NCBI GenBank assembly: GCA_963816355.1
Contig: CAWFKH010000003.1
Location: 896,001 to 960,000, forward strand
Source of the DNA: an uncultured Gemmatimonadales bacterium
GTDB taxonomy: Bacteria; Gemmatimonadota; Gemmatimonadetes; Longimicrobiales; RSA9
Direction of reading: 5' to 3'
Length of the DNA: 64,000 bases
Below are positions 1 through 8,909 of the stretch, one piece after another. The stretch's first letter is position 1. Every line of letters starts with the position of its first letter. A model generated the notes under the pieces. It worked only from the letters and a program-made list of their open reading frames with translations. It made no database searches and was not told the DNA's origin. The translations under genes were made by a program, and so were the position numbers.

Positions 1-235
1 GGCCGAGGACCATGTCGGCTGGGATGCGGAGCCGCCGGGCCAGGTCTCCCTCGATTGGGGCACGGAGTGGGCGCGCTCGCGCGTGGCCGCGGCCGCCGAG
101 GTGCCGTCGGCGATCGTCCCCGAGGAGACCAACGTCCTGCTGAATCCGCTTGGGCGGGGCTTCGATCGGATCGCGTTCCGGAAGGTGCGCCGCTGGCTCT
201 ACGACCCGCGACTACGCCCGCAACCGTCCCGGTGA
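1..235 (+). CDS. RES-domain (NAD+ phosphorylase-type toxin) protein, 3' part; starts before the window
   Basis: My translation of frame 2: ...VSLDWGTEWARSRVAAAAEVPSAIVPEETNVLLNPLG...WLYDPRL...stop at 233-235. VPSAIVP-E-N-LLNP and YDPRL are typical of the RES C-terminus. Confidence 0.85.
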   Translation, partial: AEDHVGWDAEPPGQVSLDWGTEWARSRVAAAAEVPSAIVPEETNVLLNPLGRGFDRIAFRKVRRWLYDPRLRPQPSR

Positions 236-274
236 CGTCCCCTCACCCGATCGGCCGGAGGGTGGGGCCGCCTG

Positions 275-385
275 TGTAGAGGAAGGCGAGCAGTCCGATC
301 GGGCGCTGCAGCGGACCGAAGGCCGCCACCCAGATAATCGGCTCGACGACGCGGCCGATCAGCCGGGGGCGGGACGTGACACGAA
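275..385 (-). pseudogene. msrQ: MsrQ (YedZ) N-terminal remnant with internal deletion
   Basis: RPRLIGRVVEPIIWVAAFGPL is joined directly to QRPIGLLAFLY. These resemble MsrQ TM1 and the RRxLGLxAFFY motif, which are normally about 50 aa apart. Confidence 0.6.
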
Positions 386-448
386 CGGAGCCCCGGCAGT
401 CCGGGGCGCGAGTAGGGAGCGAGTGGCCGGCGACGAAGCGCCGGCGGG

Positions 449-815
449 TCAGACGAGGGGAGGAGCGGTGGCGGGAGGGAGATGATCCAGGATTGCGCGG
501 CCGCAAACGGACCACACGGAGACCGTTGCCGCGGGATGCGGGCCTGAGCCGAACCGCGATCGGCGGCGTGGTCTCGCGCACGGGACGCGCGGAGGCCGAG
601 TGGCAGCAGCCGGCGCAATGACAGTTGTGCTGGGAGGTCGGCGCCGAGTGCCGCCCGTCTCGATCCTCATGCGGCGCTCATCGGGCCCACTCCGCCATGG
701 CGCACGGATGGAACCAGGGCAGCCAAGTCGCCCCCAGACCGGGACCGGCCAGGAGCGCGAGGACTGCAACAAGCCGGAAACGCCGGAAGCGGGCCGGCTT
801 GAGGCCAGAAGCTCA
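449..815 (-). pseudogene. Decayed DUF2946-like Cys/His-rich leader protein
   Basis: Hydrophobic N-terminus (FRLVAVLALLAGPGLG), in-frame TGA at 678-680, then HNCHCAGCCH, then a frameshift to C-terminal LPPATAPPLV*. Confidence 0.45.
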
Positions 816-865
816 CCTGCAACCAGCCCGGCAGGAAGTCGGGTCACCCCGGCCCGCCGTTCGGA

Positions 866-2329
866 TCAGCGGCGCAACGCGTCGATGACGTACCCGATCG
901 GATCAGGAATGGTGTCCCAATTCACCAGCACGTCCGGTTGGATGCCCGTTCCCCGGATGCCGCCCTGCGGGAGGTGAATGTCCCGAGTAATCGTCGGGTA
1001 TCCGAGGTACCAGCGGTGCTCCCCGGGCAGGATCGAAACGACGTTGACCTGTTCATAGTCGAGGGCGCCGGCGGTCGGCTGCCCGAATACCGTCGCACGG
1101 GTGCTTCGAAGCGCCTCCTCAACGAGCACCTCCGACGCGCTCACCGTGCCCCGATCGATCAGAACACCGACACGGCGCGGATTGTCCATGATCGACGAGG
1201 GATTATCAGGGGCAGCCGGCCACAGCGTGAACGGCACGAACTCGCCGACATGCGCTTCGAGGTCGGCGATGAGCGCCCGCCTGGACGTGGTGGTGTCGTC
1301 ACCAAACAGCTGCTTGGCGTAGGCGATCTGATCCGGAGAGGACAGCATCACCATGTGCCGGTGCACCGCTGGTGCCGGCCGTCGCGTGCGGCTGGCGATG
1401 TACGGGTCCAGCGAGGAGGACATGAACGAGGCCCCGCCCTCGTTGCCCCGCAAGTCGACGATCAGCAGGTCGCTCAACCGGATGCGATCGGCGTTGGCTG
1501 CGATCAGGCTGTCGAGCAGCGGCTTGAGCGACGGATCGTGCGACGGAATCGACACCACAACGGCGCCCTGCCGGACGATGAGCGTCGGCCGGTGCGGGTC
1601 TCCCGCCGCGACGAGGCCGCTGTCGGCCGCAGGCACCGGGAACACCTTGCCCCACATGCCGGGATCGAGCCGGAGGAGCACATCCTTGTAGACGTGTGCG
1701 TGGCGGTGCCAATGAACGTAGTTGGCACCGTACAACTCGCCGTCGTAGGACCCATCGGGAAGGCGCGTGAAGGTGCCGCGCACGGCACCCGGCGCCCAGG
1801 TCGAGGTATCGGGCCGCAGCACCACCGCCACGAAACGTTCGCGGTGCACACCCGAGTCCGGCATCACGGCCACCCGGAGATGGCCGTCGTCCCAGATGCC
1901 CTCGATCGGGTCGAGCCGCGGCGCCGCCGAGAAGTACGCCCGGGCTTGGTCCTCGGTCAGAGGGAGCATGCGCACCGCGCGGGCACGGCGAGCCGATTCG
2001 GCGGAGTCCAGGCGGGTGGTCTGGTAGATGAAGAGGTGGGGATCGTCGAACCACCGGGTGAACTCGTCCAACAGCCGGTAGCAATCGCCGCCGGTCGCCG
2101 ACGCGCGGCGCCGGAGCGTGGCATACATGCGCTCGTAGGCGGCCAATCGGTCGCCGACCACCTCAAGGCGGAAGCCGGCGTAGTCGGCCTCAAGTGTGGC
2201 ACGGACGCCGGCGAGATCGGCCGCGCAGCTGGGTGCCGGCGTGGAATCGCCGGAAGCGGAGGCACCGGATTGGGCCATCAGAGCGCCCGGCGCAAGACCC
2301 AGTACGGCGCAGATCGCGGCAATGCGCAT
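866..2329 (-). CDS. Secreted S41-family peptidase
   Basis: Signal peptide MRIAAICAVLGLAPGALMAQ; motifs IVDLRGNEGG, TVSASE and GQPTAGALDY. Confidence 0.9.
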   Translation of the reverse strand: MRIAAICAVLGLAPGALMAQSGASASGDSTPAPSCAADLAGVRATLEADYAGFRLEVVGDRLAAYERMYATLRRRASATGGDCYRLLDEFTRWFDDPHLFIYQTTRLDSAESARRARAVRMLPLTEDQARAYFSAAPRLDPIEGIWDDGHLRVAVMPDSGVHRERFVAVVLRPDTSTWAPGAVRGTFTRLPDGSYDGELYGANYVHWHRHAHVYKDVLLRLDPGMWGKVFPVPAADSGLVAAGDPHRPTLIVRQGAVVVSIPSHDPSLKPLLDSLIAANADRIRLSDLLIVDLRGNEGGASFMSSSLDPYIASRTRRPAPAVHRHMVMLSSPDQIAYAKQLFGDDTTTSRRALIADLEAHVGEFVPFTLWPAAPDNPSSIMDNPRRVGVLIDRGTVSASEVLVEEALRSTRATVFGQPTAGALDYEQVNVVSILPGEHRWYLGYPTITRDIHLPQGGIRGTGIQPDVLVNWDTIPDPIGYVIDALRR

Positions 2330-2364
2330 CGAAGCCTCGGTTGGAGTGAGGAGAGACTGTCTCG

Positions 2365-2676
2365 TCAGCCCTCGGACACACGACCCGCGGAAACCGTTGC
2401 GCCGCCGCCCGCCCGGGACCGCGGCGACCGATCGGCGGCGCCCTGGCTCACCACGAAGCGCAGGGCGAAAAGTGACAGCAGCACCGCTCCGAAAGCGAGT
2501 GGCGGCCGGGTGTCCTTCTTCACCAGCCAGAGATAGTGCAGCACGCCACCCACGGCCGAGAGGTAGATCAGCCGGTGAAGCTGCTGCCACCGCTTCCCGC
2601 CGAGCCGCCGAATGGACGCGGCGGTGAAGGTGAGCGCCAGCGGGATCAGCAGGATGAACGCGGTGAAGCCGACGGT
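2365..2676 (-). pseudogene. msrQ: MsrQ C-terminal half, fused in frame to the truncated transposase
   Basis: TVGFTAFILLIPLALT...IRRLGGKRWQQLHRLIY...LHYLWLVKKD is the heme-binding C-half of MsrQ. Confidence 0.85.
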
Positions 2677-3725
2677 TAACTCGAGGGGTGAGAGGGCGAG
2701 GAGGGCGCGTCCGTCGGAGGTGGGCCGGGAGGGTCGGTAGAACACGCGGCGGACCCCCGCGTCGTCGTCGGCCCGCCCTCCGGACGGACGCTCGATCCGC
2801 AGGCGGTCGAGGGCGAAGGGCGGTCGGGCACAGTAGCGGAGGAGCCGTTCCCGGCCGGCGCGGTCGGAGCCGTGGATCCGGACGGAGGCGTCCAGGCTGA
2901 AGCCGCCGGTGCCCTGCCAGGTGAGCATGTCGTTCACCGTGTGCTCCTCGATGAGGCCGCGGCGCTGGAAGAGGCGCAGGATGCGGCGCTGGAGGACGGG
3001 CGTGAGGGTGGTGGCATCGGCGGCGAAGAAGGCGGTCGCCTCGTCGAAGCGGACTTCGCCGTCCACGGTCTCGGTGAAGACGCCGTCGAGGACCACGACG
3101 TGGAAGTGGAAGTGGGCGTTGAGGGAGGAGCCGAAGCGGTGGAGGAAGGAGACTGCGCCGATCTGGGCGTCGGGACCGGCGCCCGGGCTGGCGTGGCGCA
3201 GGCGGGTGCGGACCGCCCGGAGCAGGATCCGGAGCACGGCGCCGGCAAGGGCGGGATCGTGGTGGAAGAAGGGGCGGATCCGCTTCGGGACGGAGAGGAC
3301 CCATTGGCGGATCGGGAGCGGCGGCAGGACGCGTCGTTCAGGTGCGCGGCGACCTCGACCATGCGCCGAGCGTTGCAGGAGGGGCAGACGCCGCGGCCCT
3401 TGCAGGAGAAGGCGACGAGGCGCTCGGCGGCGCAGTCGTCACAGCGGACGCGGGCGAAGCCGTGAGCCAGGATGCCGCAGCGGAGGTAGGCCCGGAAGTC
3501 CTCCTCGACCCACTTCGCCACCCCCTCGCCCCACGGATCGGCCTCGGCGGCCCGGGCCAGAAAGGTCTCGAGGTGGTGGTGGACAATGGGGTAGAGGGGC
3601 GAGGCCGCGGGTCGGCGGCGGCGGTAAACGGCGGAGCGGCCGGCTGGCGTTGCGGAGTGCCCTGGGCGGTGCGCCTGCGCCTGCGGCGGGGCCCAAACGG
3701 ATCGGGGGCGTGCGACGGTGGGCAT
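2677..3725 (-). mobile_element. IS91/ISCR-family (HUH, Y2) transposase pseudogene, frameshifted and 3'-truncated
   Basis: Zn-binding FRAYLRCGILAHGFARVRC..C....VAFSCKGRGVCPSCNARRM; 1-nt loss near 3332 (D-x-VLPPLPIRQWVLS resumes in another frame); HUH motif HRFGSSLNAHFHFH; RLLRYCARPP. Ends at SPLEL, before the expected RYHG segment. Confidence 0.9.
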
Positions 3726-3853
3726 GGCCCGGAGGGTTCGACGAGACCCGGGGCACCACCGTGGCGGAGTGGGACGACGCGGCGGCCGTCAGCGGTGAAC
3801 CTGGCGGCCCACACCCAAGCCCACACCATAGCGGTCCGACAGTTCGGGGCCGG

Positions 3854-3886
3854 AACGGCGACGCGTCGCGACGACGGGTCGCCGTT
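3854..3886. terminator. Hairpin just downstream of the methyltransferase; terminator, or possibly an IS91 terIS-type inverted repeat
   Basis: AACGGCGAC(3854-3862)...GTCGCCGTT(3878-3886). Confidence 0.4.
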
Positions 3887-3891
3887 TGTGC

Positions 3892-4518
3892 TCAGTAGTA
3901 CCGCGCCTTCAGGACGAAGAGGATCGCCAGCGCGGCGTACTGGAGGAAGGTGCTGATCTCGCTCTTCCACGCCTCGCCCCAGTGGTGCGGGCCCGATTCG
4001 GGATGCGCCGGCCGCCGCGGGATCCAGCGCGGAGTGGCGCGCTTGTAGGCCAGATACTCCTCCCCGAAGATCGATTCCAACACGCCCTCTTCGTACCGCA
4101 CGATGAACGTGTACTCGACCGCGAACAGGACCACCGCGACGAGCAGGAACCAGTACACGCCCGAGATCACCACGAAGCCGATCCAGATCAGGAAGTTCCC
4201 GATGTAGAGCGGGTTCCGCGCCCAGGCGAAGATGCCGTAGGTGACCAACCGCTGCACATTGCGGGAGCGCCGGCGCGTGACCGTGCCCGCCGCCGCGACG
4301 CCGGCCAGCCGCACCGCCTCGCCCAGCGCCAGCACCAGCGCCCCCACGAGCCACTGCCGGGCGCTCTGGGTGCCGGGAACGAGCAGCGGAACGAGGATGA
4401 AGGGCACGGGGAGCCAGCCGCGGTTGCGGAAGAGCACGGCGCCGGCGCGGGCCATGGGGCTCTGTTCGGCAGCCGAGACGGCGGCCGGAGGCGGAGTCTG
4501 ATTCGGGTCGAGGGTCAT
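3892..4518 (-). CDS. Isoprenylcysteine carboxyl methyltransferase (ICMT/PEMT) family membrane protein
   Basis: LVTYGIFAWARNPLYIGN, EE..L...FGEEY..YK..TPRWIP. Confidence 0.9.
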   Translation of the reverse strand: MTLDPNQTPPPAAVSAAEQSPMARAGAVLFRNRGWLPVPFILVPLLVPGTQSARQWLVGALVLALGEAVRLAGVAAAGTVTRRRSRNVQRLVTYGIFAWARNPLYIGNFLIWIGFVVISGVYWFLLVAVVLFAVEYTFIVRYEEGVLESIFGEEYLAYKRATPRWIPRRPAHPESGPHHWGEAWKSEISTFLQYAALAILFVLKARYY

Positions 4519-4619
4519 GTGCAAAGGATAATCTAACCCGCGCCGTGGGTGGTTCGGCAAATGCCCGGCGACCGAGGCGCGCCCGGCCACCACGCGCTCA
4601 CGCCGGGGCCGGCCACCGG

Positions 4620-4828
4620 GGCATGGCGTTCGGCTGGACTGGCTCGTGTGGGGCGATGGACCGCGGGAAGCGATCGCGCCGGATGACAAGGACGAGGCGT
4701 TCGACGCGATCGCCGCCCTTGTCGACCGCGCCCGCGCCATTTCACGCGGCGAAGCTCCGCCGGTCCCTGAGAATCTGCCCGATCAAGGAGGGATAGGACC
4801 CGGAACAGGTGAGCGCGAAGAGATGTGA
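4620..4828 (+). pseudogene. Possible C-terminal remnant of an Xre-type HTH regulator
   Basis: GVRLDWLVWGDG resembles the end of Xre/cI HTH domains (GVSLDWLLTG); no N-terminus found. Confidence 0.3.
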
Positions 4829-4917
4829 TTTGAAACAAACGCTGGTCGAGCACCTTGGCGCGCTCGACGCGGATGTCGAATATCAGTGACGCAGACTGCA
4901 CTGTTCGTGCAACGCGT

Positions 4918-5769
4918 TTATCGGGTAATACGCTCGTCGGGCAGCGGATGGTTGCACAAGCCGACCGTTGCTTCAATCAATCCGCTTTGCATGCGATCTT
5001 CAACTCGTCGGCGATTTTCCGTTTCTGCGGCCCGTGTGTTTTCCTGGTGCCACAGGTGAAACACTTCGGTGGAGAAGGCGCCCCCTTTGCGCCTGACGCC
5101 ATACCGCGACAGACGTAACACAAGATCAGCATCTTCATGCCCCCATCCGACGAAGCTTTCATCGAAGCCATTTACCGCCGAAAAATCATTTCTCCAGATC
5201 GCCAGATTGCAACTCTTGATTCGGCTCCAGCGAACCGCGCGATAGTGCCGCAACCGGCTGTCAGGCAGATGAATCAGTGGCACGACCTTATTGGCATTTC
5301 CTGACAGGCGCTGCGCCAGCCAATACAGAAAACTGCGGCCATAGACTGGAACCGGTTCGGAGCCGGCCAACAACTTGTTGGTGAATGTTTCGGACAACAG
5401 TACCCTGCTGCCGGAAACCATGAAGCCAGTTTCTGCAATCAAACGATGACGTTTCACGAAATCGGGGCGCGGTAAGCAATCGCCGTCTAGGAAAATCAGA
5501 TAATCGCCCTGCGACGCAAATACACCGAGATTTCGCACTGCGGAGGCCCTGAAACCCTGATCCGGTTGCCATGCATGCACAATCCTTTGGGGACCTCGCG
5601 CTAGCGTCGACTGTTGGAACGTGCGAATCGTTTCCCGCGTCGGTTCCGATGAGCCATCGTCCGCGATCACCACTTCAAAATTTGCATCGGTCTGATCCAG
5701 CAGCGCATCCATCACTGCGGACAGCGCATTCGGACGATTATAGGTGGTGACGATCACCGATATCAGCAT
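4918..5769 (-). CDS. Glycosyltransferase family 2 with galactosyltransferase-like C-terminus, on a low-GC segment
   Basis: ISVIVTTYN, VVIADDGS, FLDGDC, SCNLAIW, NGFDESFVGWGHED. Confidence 0.92.
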   Translation of the reverse strand: MLISVIVTTYNRPNALSAVMDALLDQTDANFEVVIADDGSSEPTRETIRTFQQSTLARGPQRIVHAWQPDQGFRASAVRNLGVFASQGDYLIFLDGDCLPRPDFVKRHRLIAETGFMVSGSRVLLSETFTNKLLAGSEPVPVYGRSFLYWLAQRLSGNANKVVPLIHLPDSRLRHYRAVRWSRIKSCNLAIWRNDFSAVNGFDESFVGWGHEDADLVLRLSRYGVRRKGGAFSTEVFHLWHQENTRAAETENRRRVEDRMQSGLIEATVGLCNHPLPDERITR

Positions 5770-5819
5770 GGCAATAGCGATCCTCAAACCTGGAGTCGGA
5801 CTTCTTGCAGGGGCAGCGG

Positions 5820-6040
5820 TTAGTGCTTCAGCGTTGCGGACGCTGATCCAGCTTTGACCCACGCGCCGTGCGGATGGACCTCGGCGAGCTGCACCGCCGC
5901 CTCGCCGCCGGGCCTGTAGCGCACGGTCAGTTCGTGGCGGAACGTCTGGCGGTCGGTCTCGAGCCGGATCCAGGCGAGTGGCTTGTCCTCGCTCGCCTCG
6001 GCCCCGGCCGCTTCCATCGCTCCGGGGGGGTAGCGTGGGC
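5820..6040 (-). pseudogene. Short ORF or C-terminal gene remnant, function unknown
   Basis: Protein-like sequence KPLAWIRLETDRQTFRHELTVRY...SATLKH* with no convincing start. Confidence 0.3.
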
Positions 6041-6058
6041 GGCAGCGGCCGCAGCCGA

Positions 6059-6598
6059 TCATCCCGCTCCGTCGGCGCCGTCCGGATGCGCAAGGCCCCA
6101 CGCGAGGGCGAAGCGGTGGGCGCCAGCGAGCACGGGGTCCGTGCTCCAGCTCTCGAAGAAAGGACGGACGGCGCCGGATTCGAGCGCGTGCTCGAGCGCT
6201 CCCGTCTCGATCCGCGTCCGGAGCGCCGCGTCGCCCGCGCGGTAGAGCGAAGCCAGACGCGCGGCCACGTCCACGACGACGGCGGAGGCGGCGGGAACGG
6301 CGGCAATGTGCTTGAGCCACGCCGCGAGCTCGTAGGCGGCCTGGAAGCCGGCGTGCACGAACCCGTCGGTCGGCGGGTCCGCGGCGATGCAGTCGAGCAG
6401 GTAGCGCGCCATGAAATCGCACTGCGCCTCCATGCTCGGCTCCGGCCGGATGCGTGACCATCCCGCGGCGGAGAGCGCGTAGGCGCGCGCGCGGCTCTCC
6501 AGGTCGCCGCGGGTGGTCCATGCGGCGTAGTCCGCGCCGGGCACCGGCGCGTCGCCCGCCAGCGCGATCTCGATCTCGTTTCGGAAGTCCTCCCCCAC
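6059..6598 (-). CDS. Hypothetical all-helical protein (179 aa)
   Basis: GTG start at 6598 behind AGGAGAG; protein-like composition. Confidence 0.7.
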   Translation of the reverse strand: MGEDFRNEIEIALAGDAPVPGADYAAWTTRGDLESRARAYALSAAGWSRIRPEPSMEAQCDFMARYLLDCIAADPPTDGFVHAGFQAAYELAAWLKHIAAVPAASAVVVDVAARLASLYRAGDAALRTRIETGALEHALESGAVRPFFESWSTDPVLAGAHRFALAWGLAHPDGADGAG

Positions 6599-6859
6599 GG
6601 CCGCTCTCCTCGGGTTTGCGGCCGCCGTGCGAGCGTCGGCGGCCGCCGCGGCGGGGAAGCCGCGGCGGGACTGCGCACGGTGGTTCGCGTCACCTCGCCT
6701 CCCTGTCCGGAGGGCAAGGCTACGTGGTGGGGGCACTGGAGGCAACCGTCTGACGGACCCGCGACACGGCGCCTCGGCATTCGATGCGGCCACGTGCGTC
6801 CGACCACCGTCATCACCACCGTGCCGGCGCCTGGACCGGTTGCTGGGCGTGCCTCGCCG

Positions 6860-6956
6860 TTCAGACTCCGCGGGCCTGGTCGAGGTCGAGCTCGGGTACG
6901 GGCTCGGGGTCGGCCGCGTCGAGGGCGGGGGTCCGGTCGAAGTCATCCGCCGTCAC
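6860..6956 (-). mobile_element. Acidic C-terminal tail of an IS91-family transposase (isolated remnant)
   Basis: TADDFDRTPALDAADPEPVPELDLDQARGV* resembles the DQTPAFD..EPEP.P.F.FDQ tail of this transposase subgroup. Confidence 0.6.
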
Positions 6957-7115
6957 GGCATCCTGTCGGGATTGCAGAGCGTGTCATCCGGAGTCAGATT
7001 TCCTCCAGAACGGAGGAAGCTGCGCTCAGCCGAAGCTGTGGCAGCCCTGTCCCGAACGCCGCCGGCTGCCCGCTCTCCCGATCCTGCCGGTATTCCATCT
7101 GCGCGATCCGGCCTG

Positions 7116-8768
7116 ATGCTGAAGCCGAAGCTTCTTACGACGATGCAGTCGTACGACCGCCACCAGTTGCTGCGGGACGTGCTGGCAGGCGTCATCGTCG
7201 GCGTGGTTGCGCTGCCGCTGTCGATCGCGTTCGCGATTGCGAGCGGAGTGACGCCGCAGGCCGGTATCATCACCGCAGTGGTCGGTGGGTTGCTGATCTC
7301 CGCGCTGGGAGGCTCGCGCGTGCAGATCGGCGGTCCGACGGGCGCGTTCATCGTCATCATCTACGGCATCGTGGCGCAGTACGGCGTCGACGGTCTCGCG
7401 GTCGCGACGCTGATGGCGGGCGTGATCCTGGTCGCGCTCGGCGTCGCCCGGCTGGGTGGTGCGATCAAGTTCATCCCGCACCCGGTCGTGACCGGCTTCA
7501 CGAGCGGCATTGCCGTGGTGATCCTTTCGGGACAGGTGCGCGATCTGCTCGGGCTGCGGATGACTGCCTTGCCCGCCGAGTTCGTGCCGAAGTGGCGCGC
7601 CTACGCGGATGCGATCCACACCGCTTCGCCGGCCGCAGTCGGAGTATCCGCGCTCGCGCTCGCGATCCTGATCGGCTGGCCGCGGATCAGCCGTCGCATC
7701 CCCGCGCCGTTCGTAGCGCTGATCGGGGCGACGCTGCTCGTCCGCATCGCCGGGCTGCACGTCGAAACGATCGGCAGTCGCTTCGGGGACCTCGCGCTCG
7801 GCCTCCCTGCGCCGCGCCTGCCGCACGTGGTGGCGGCTGACATCCCTTCGCTGATCGCGCCCGCCTTCTCGATCGCGCTGCTCGGCGCCATCGAATCCCT
7901 GCTGTCGGCCGTCGTGGCGGATGGCATGATCGGCGGCCGCCACCGCTCGAACATGGAGCTGGTCGCGCAGGGCGTGGCCAACATCGCGACGCCCTTCTTC
8001 GGCGGCATCCCGGCGACGGGCGCGATCGCGCGCACGGCGACGAACGTGAAGAACGGCGGCCGCACGCCCATCGCCGGGATGGTGCACGCACTGACTCTGC
8101 TGCTGATCGGCGTCTTCTTTGCGCGCTACATCGCGTGGGTGCCCCTTGCCGCGCTGGCTGCGATCCTGGTGCTCGTGGCGTACCACATGAGCGAGTGGCG
8201 CGTCTTCAAGGACGAGTTCAGCGCTCCGCGCAGCGACGTGGCCGTGCTGGTCACGACCTTCGGCCTGACGGTCGTCGTCGGCCTGACGGTCGCGATCCAG
8301 GTGGGAATTGTGCTCGCGGCGCTCCTGTTCATGCGGCGCATGTCCGAAGTGACCAACATCACCATGATCGAGCGCGAGTTCGGCGACGCGGAGACGGACG
8401 CCGCACCTCGTCTGGAGATACCGCACGGCGTCGCCATCTACGACATCAAGGGGCCTTTCTTCTTCGGCGCGGCCGAGAAGTTCCGCGACCAGGTGAACCA
8501 CGTGGCCGACCGACCGCGCGTGCTCGTGCTCGGCATGCGCGACGTGCCCGCGATCGACTCGACGGGCCTGCACGCGCTCACGCAGCTCGTCCGCCGTGCC
8601 CGCGCCGATGGCACGCGCGTCATCCTGGCGGGCGTGCACGCGCAGCCGATGATGGCCATCGGCCGCTCGCGCCTGTTGGACGAGTTGGGCGAGGAGAATC
8701 TGGTGGGGAGCGTGGAGGAGGCGCTCGCCACGCACGGGCACGCCGTGGGCGCTGGATCGAAGGCGTGA
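7116..8768 (+). CDS. SulP/SLC26 anion permease with STAS domain
   Basis: DVLAGVIVGVVALPLSIAFAIASG, GGPTGAF, GIPATGAIART, GPFFFGAA, IDSTG. Confidence 0.95.
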   Translation: MLKPKLLTTMQSYDRHQLLRDVLAGVIVGVVALPLSIAFAIASGVTPQAGIITAVVGGLLISALGGSRVQIGGPTGAFIVIIYGIVAQYGVDGLAVATLMAGVILVALGVARLGGAIKFIPHPVVTGFTSGIAVVILSGQVRDLLGLRMTALPAEFVPKWRAYADAIHTASPAAVGVSALALAILIGWPRISRRIPAPFVALIGATLLVRIAGLHVETIGSRFGDLALGLPAPRLPHVVAADIPSLIAPAFSIALLGAIESLLSAVVADGMIGGRHRSNMELVAQGVANIATPFFGGIPATGAIARTATNVKNGGRTPIAGMVHALTLLLIGVFFARYIAWVPLAALAAILVLVAYHMSEWRVFKDEFSAPRSDVAVLVTTFGLTVVVGLTVAIQVGIVLAALLFMRRMSEVTNITMIEREFGDAETDAAPRLEIPHGVAIYDIKGPFFFGAAEKFRDQVNHVADRPRVLVLGMRDVPAIDSTGLHALTQLVRRARADGTRVILAGVHAQPMMAIGRSRLLDELGEENLVGSVEEALATHGHAVGAGSKA

Positions 8769-8909
8769 GAGGGAGGCCGTAAGCAGGGTCTGGCGTGAGC
8801 AGGGCGATGGCGTAGACGGGCGTGGCCGTGGGCGGCGGCGGGGCGGGTGGCAGGATCCGGAGAATTCAGTTCGGCAACCCGAGGAGCGCGCCGAAAGAGC
8901 GGAGAAGCA

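Noticed and set aside
2670..2690. GTTAAC at the transposase/msrQ junction as an integron core site
   Set aside because: No paired RYYYAAC...GTTRRRY attC structure, no recurrence at other junctions and no integrase.
866..3304. 812-aa ORF as a single protein
   Set aside because: The first 325 codons are off-frame shadow of the transposase and msrQ; the real peptidase starts at 2329 with a signal peptide.
3320..3345. Programmed frameshift in the transposase
   Set aside because: No slippery sequence, IS91 transposases are single ORFs, and the gene is also truncated.
4918..6819. 633-aa ORF as an extended glycosyltransferase
   Set aside because: The upstream part is Arg/Pro-rich shadow that crosses a GC boundary; the GT2 starts at 5769.
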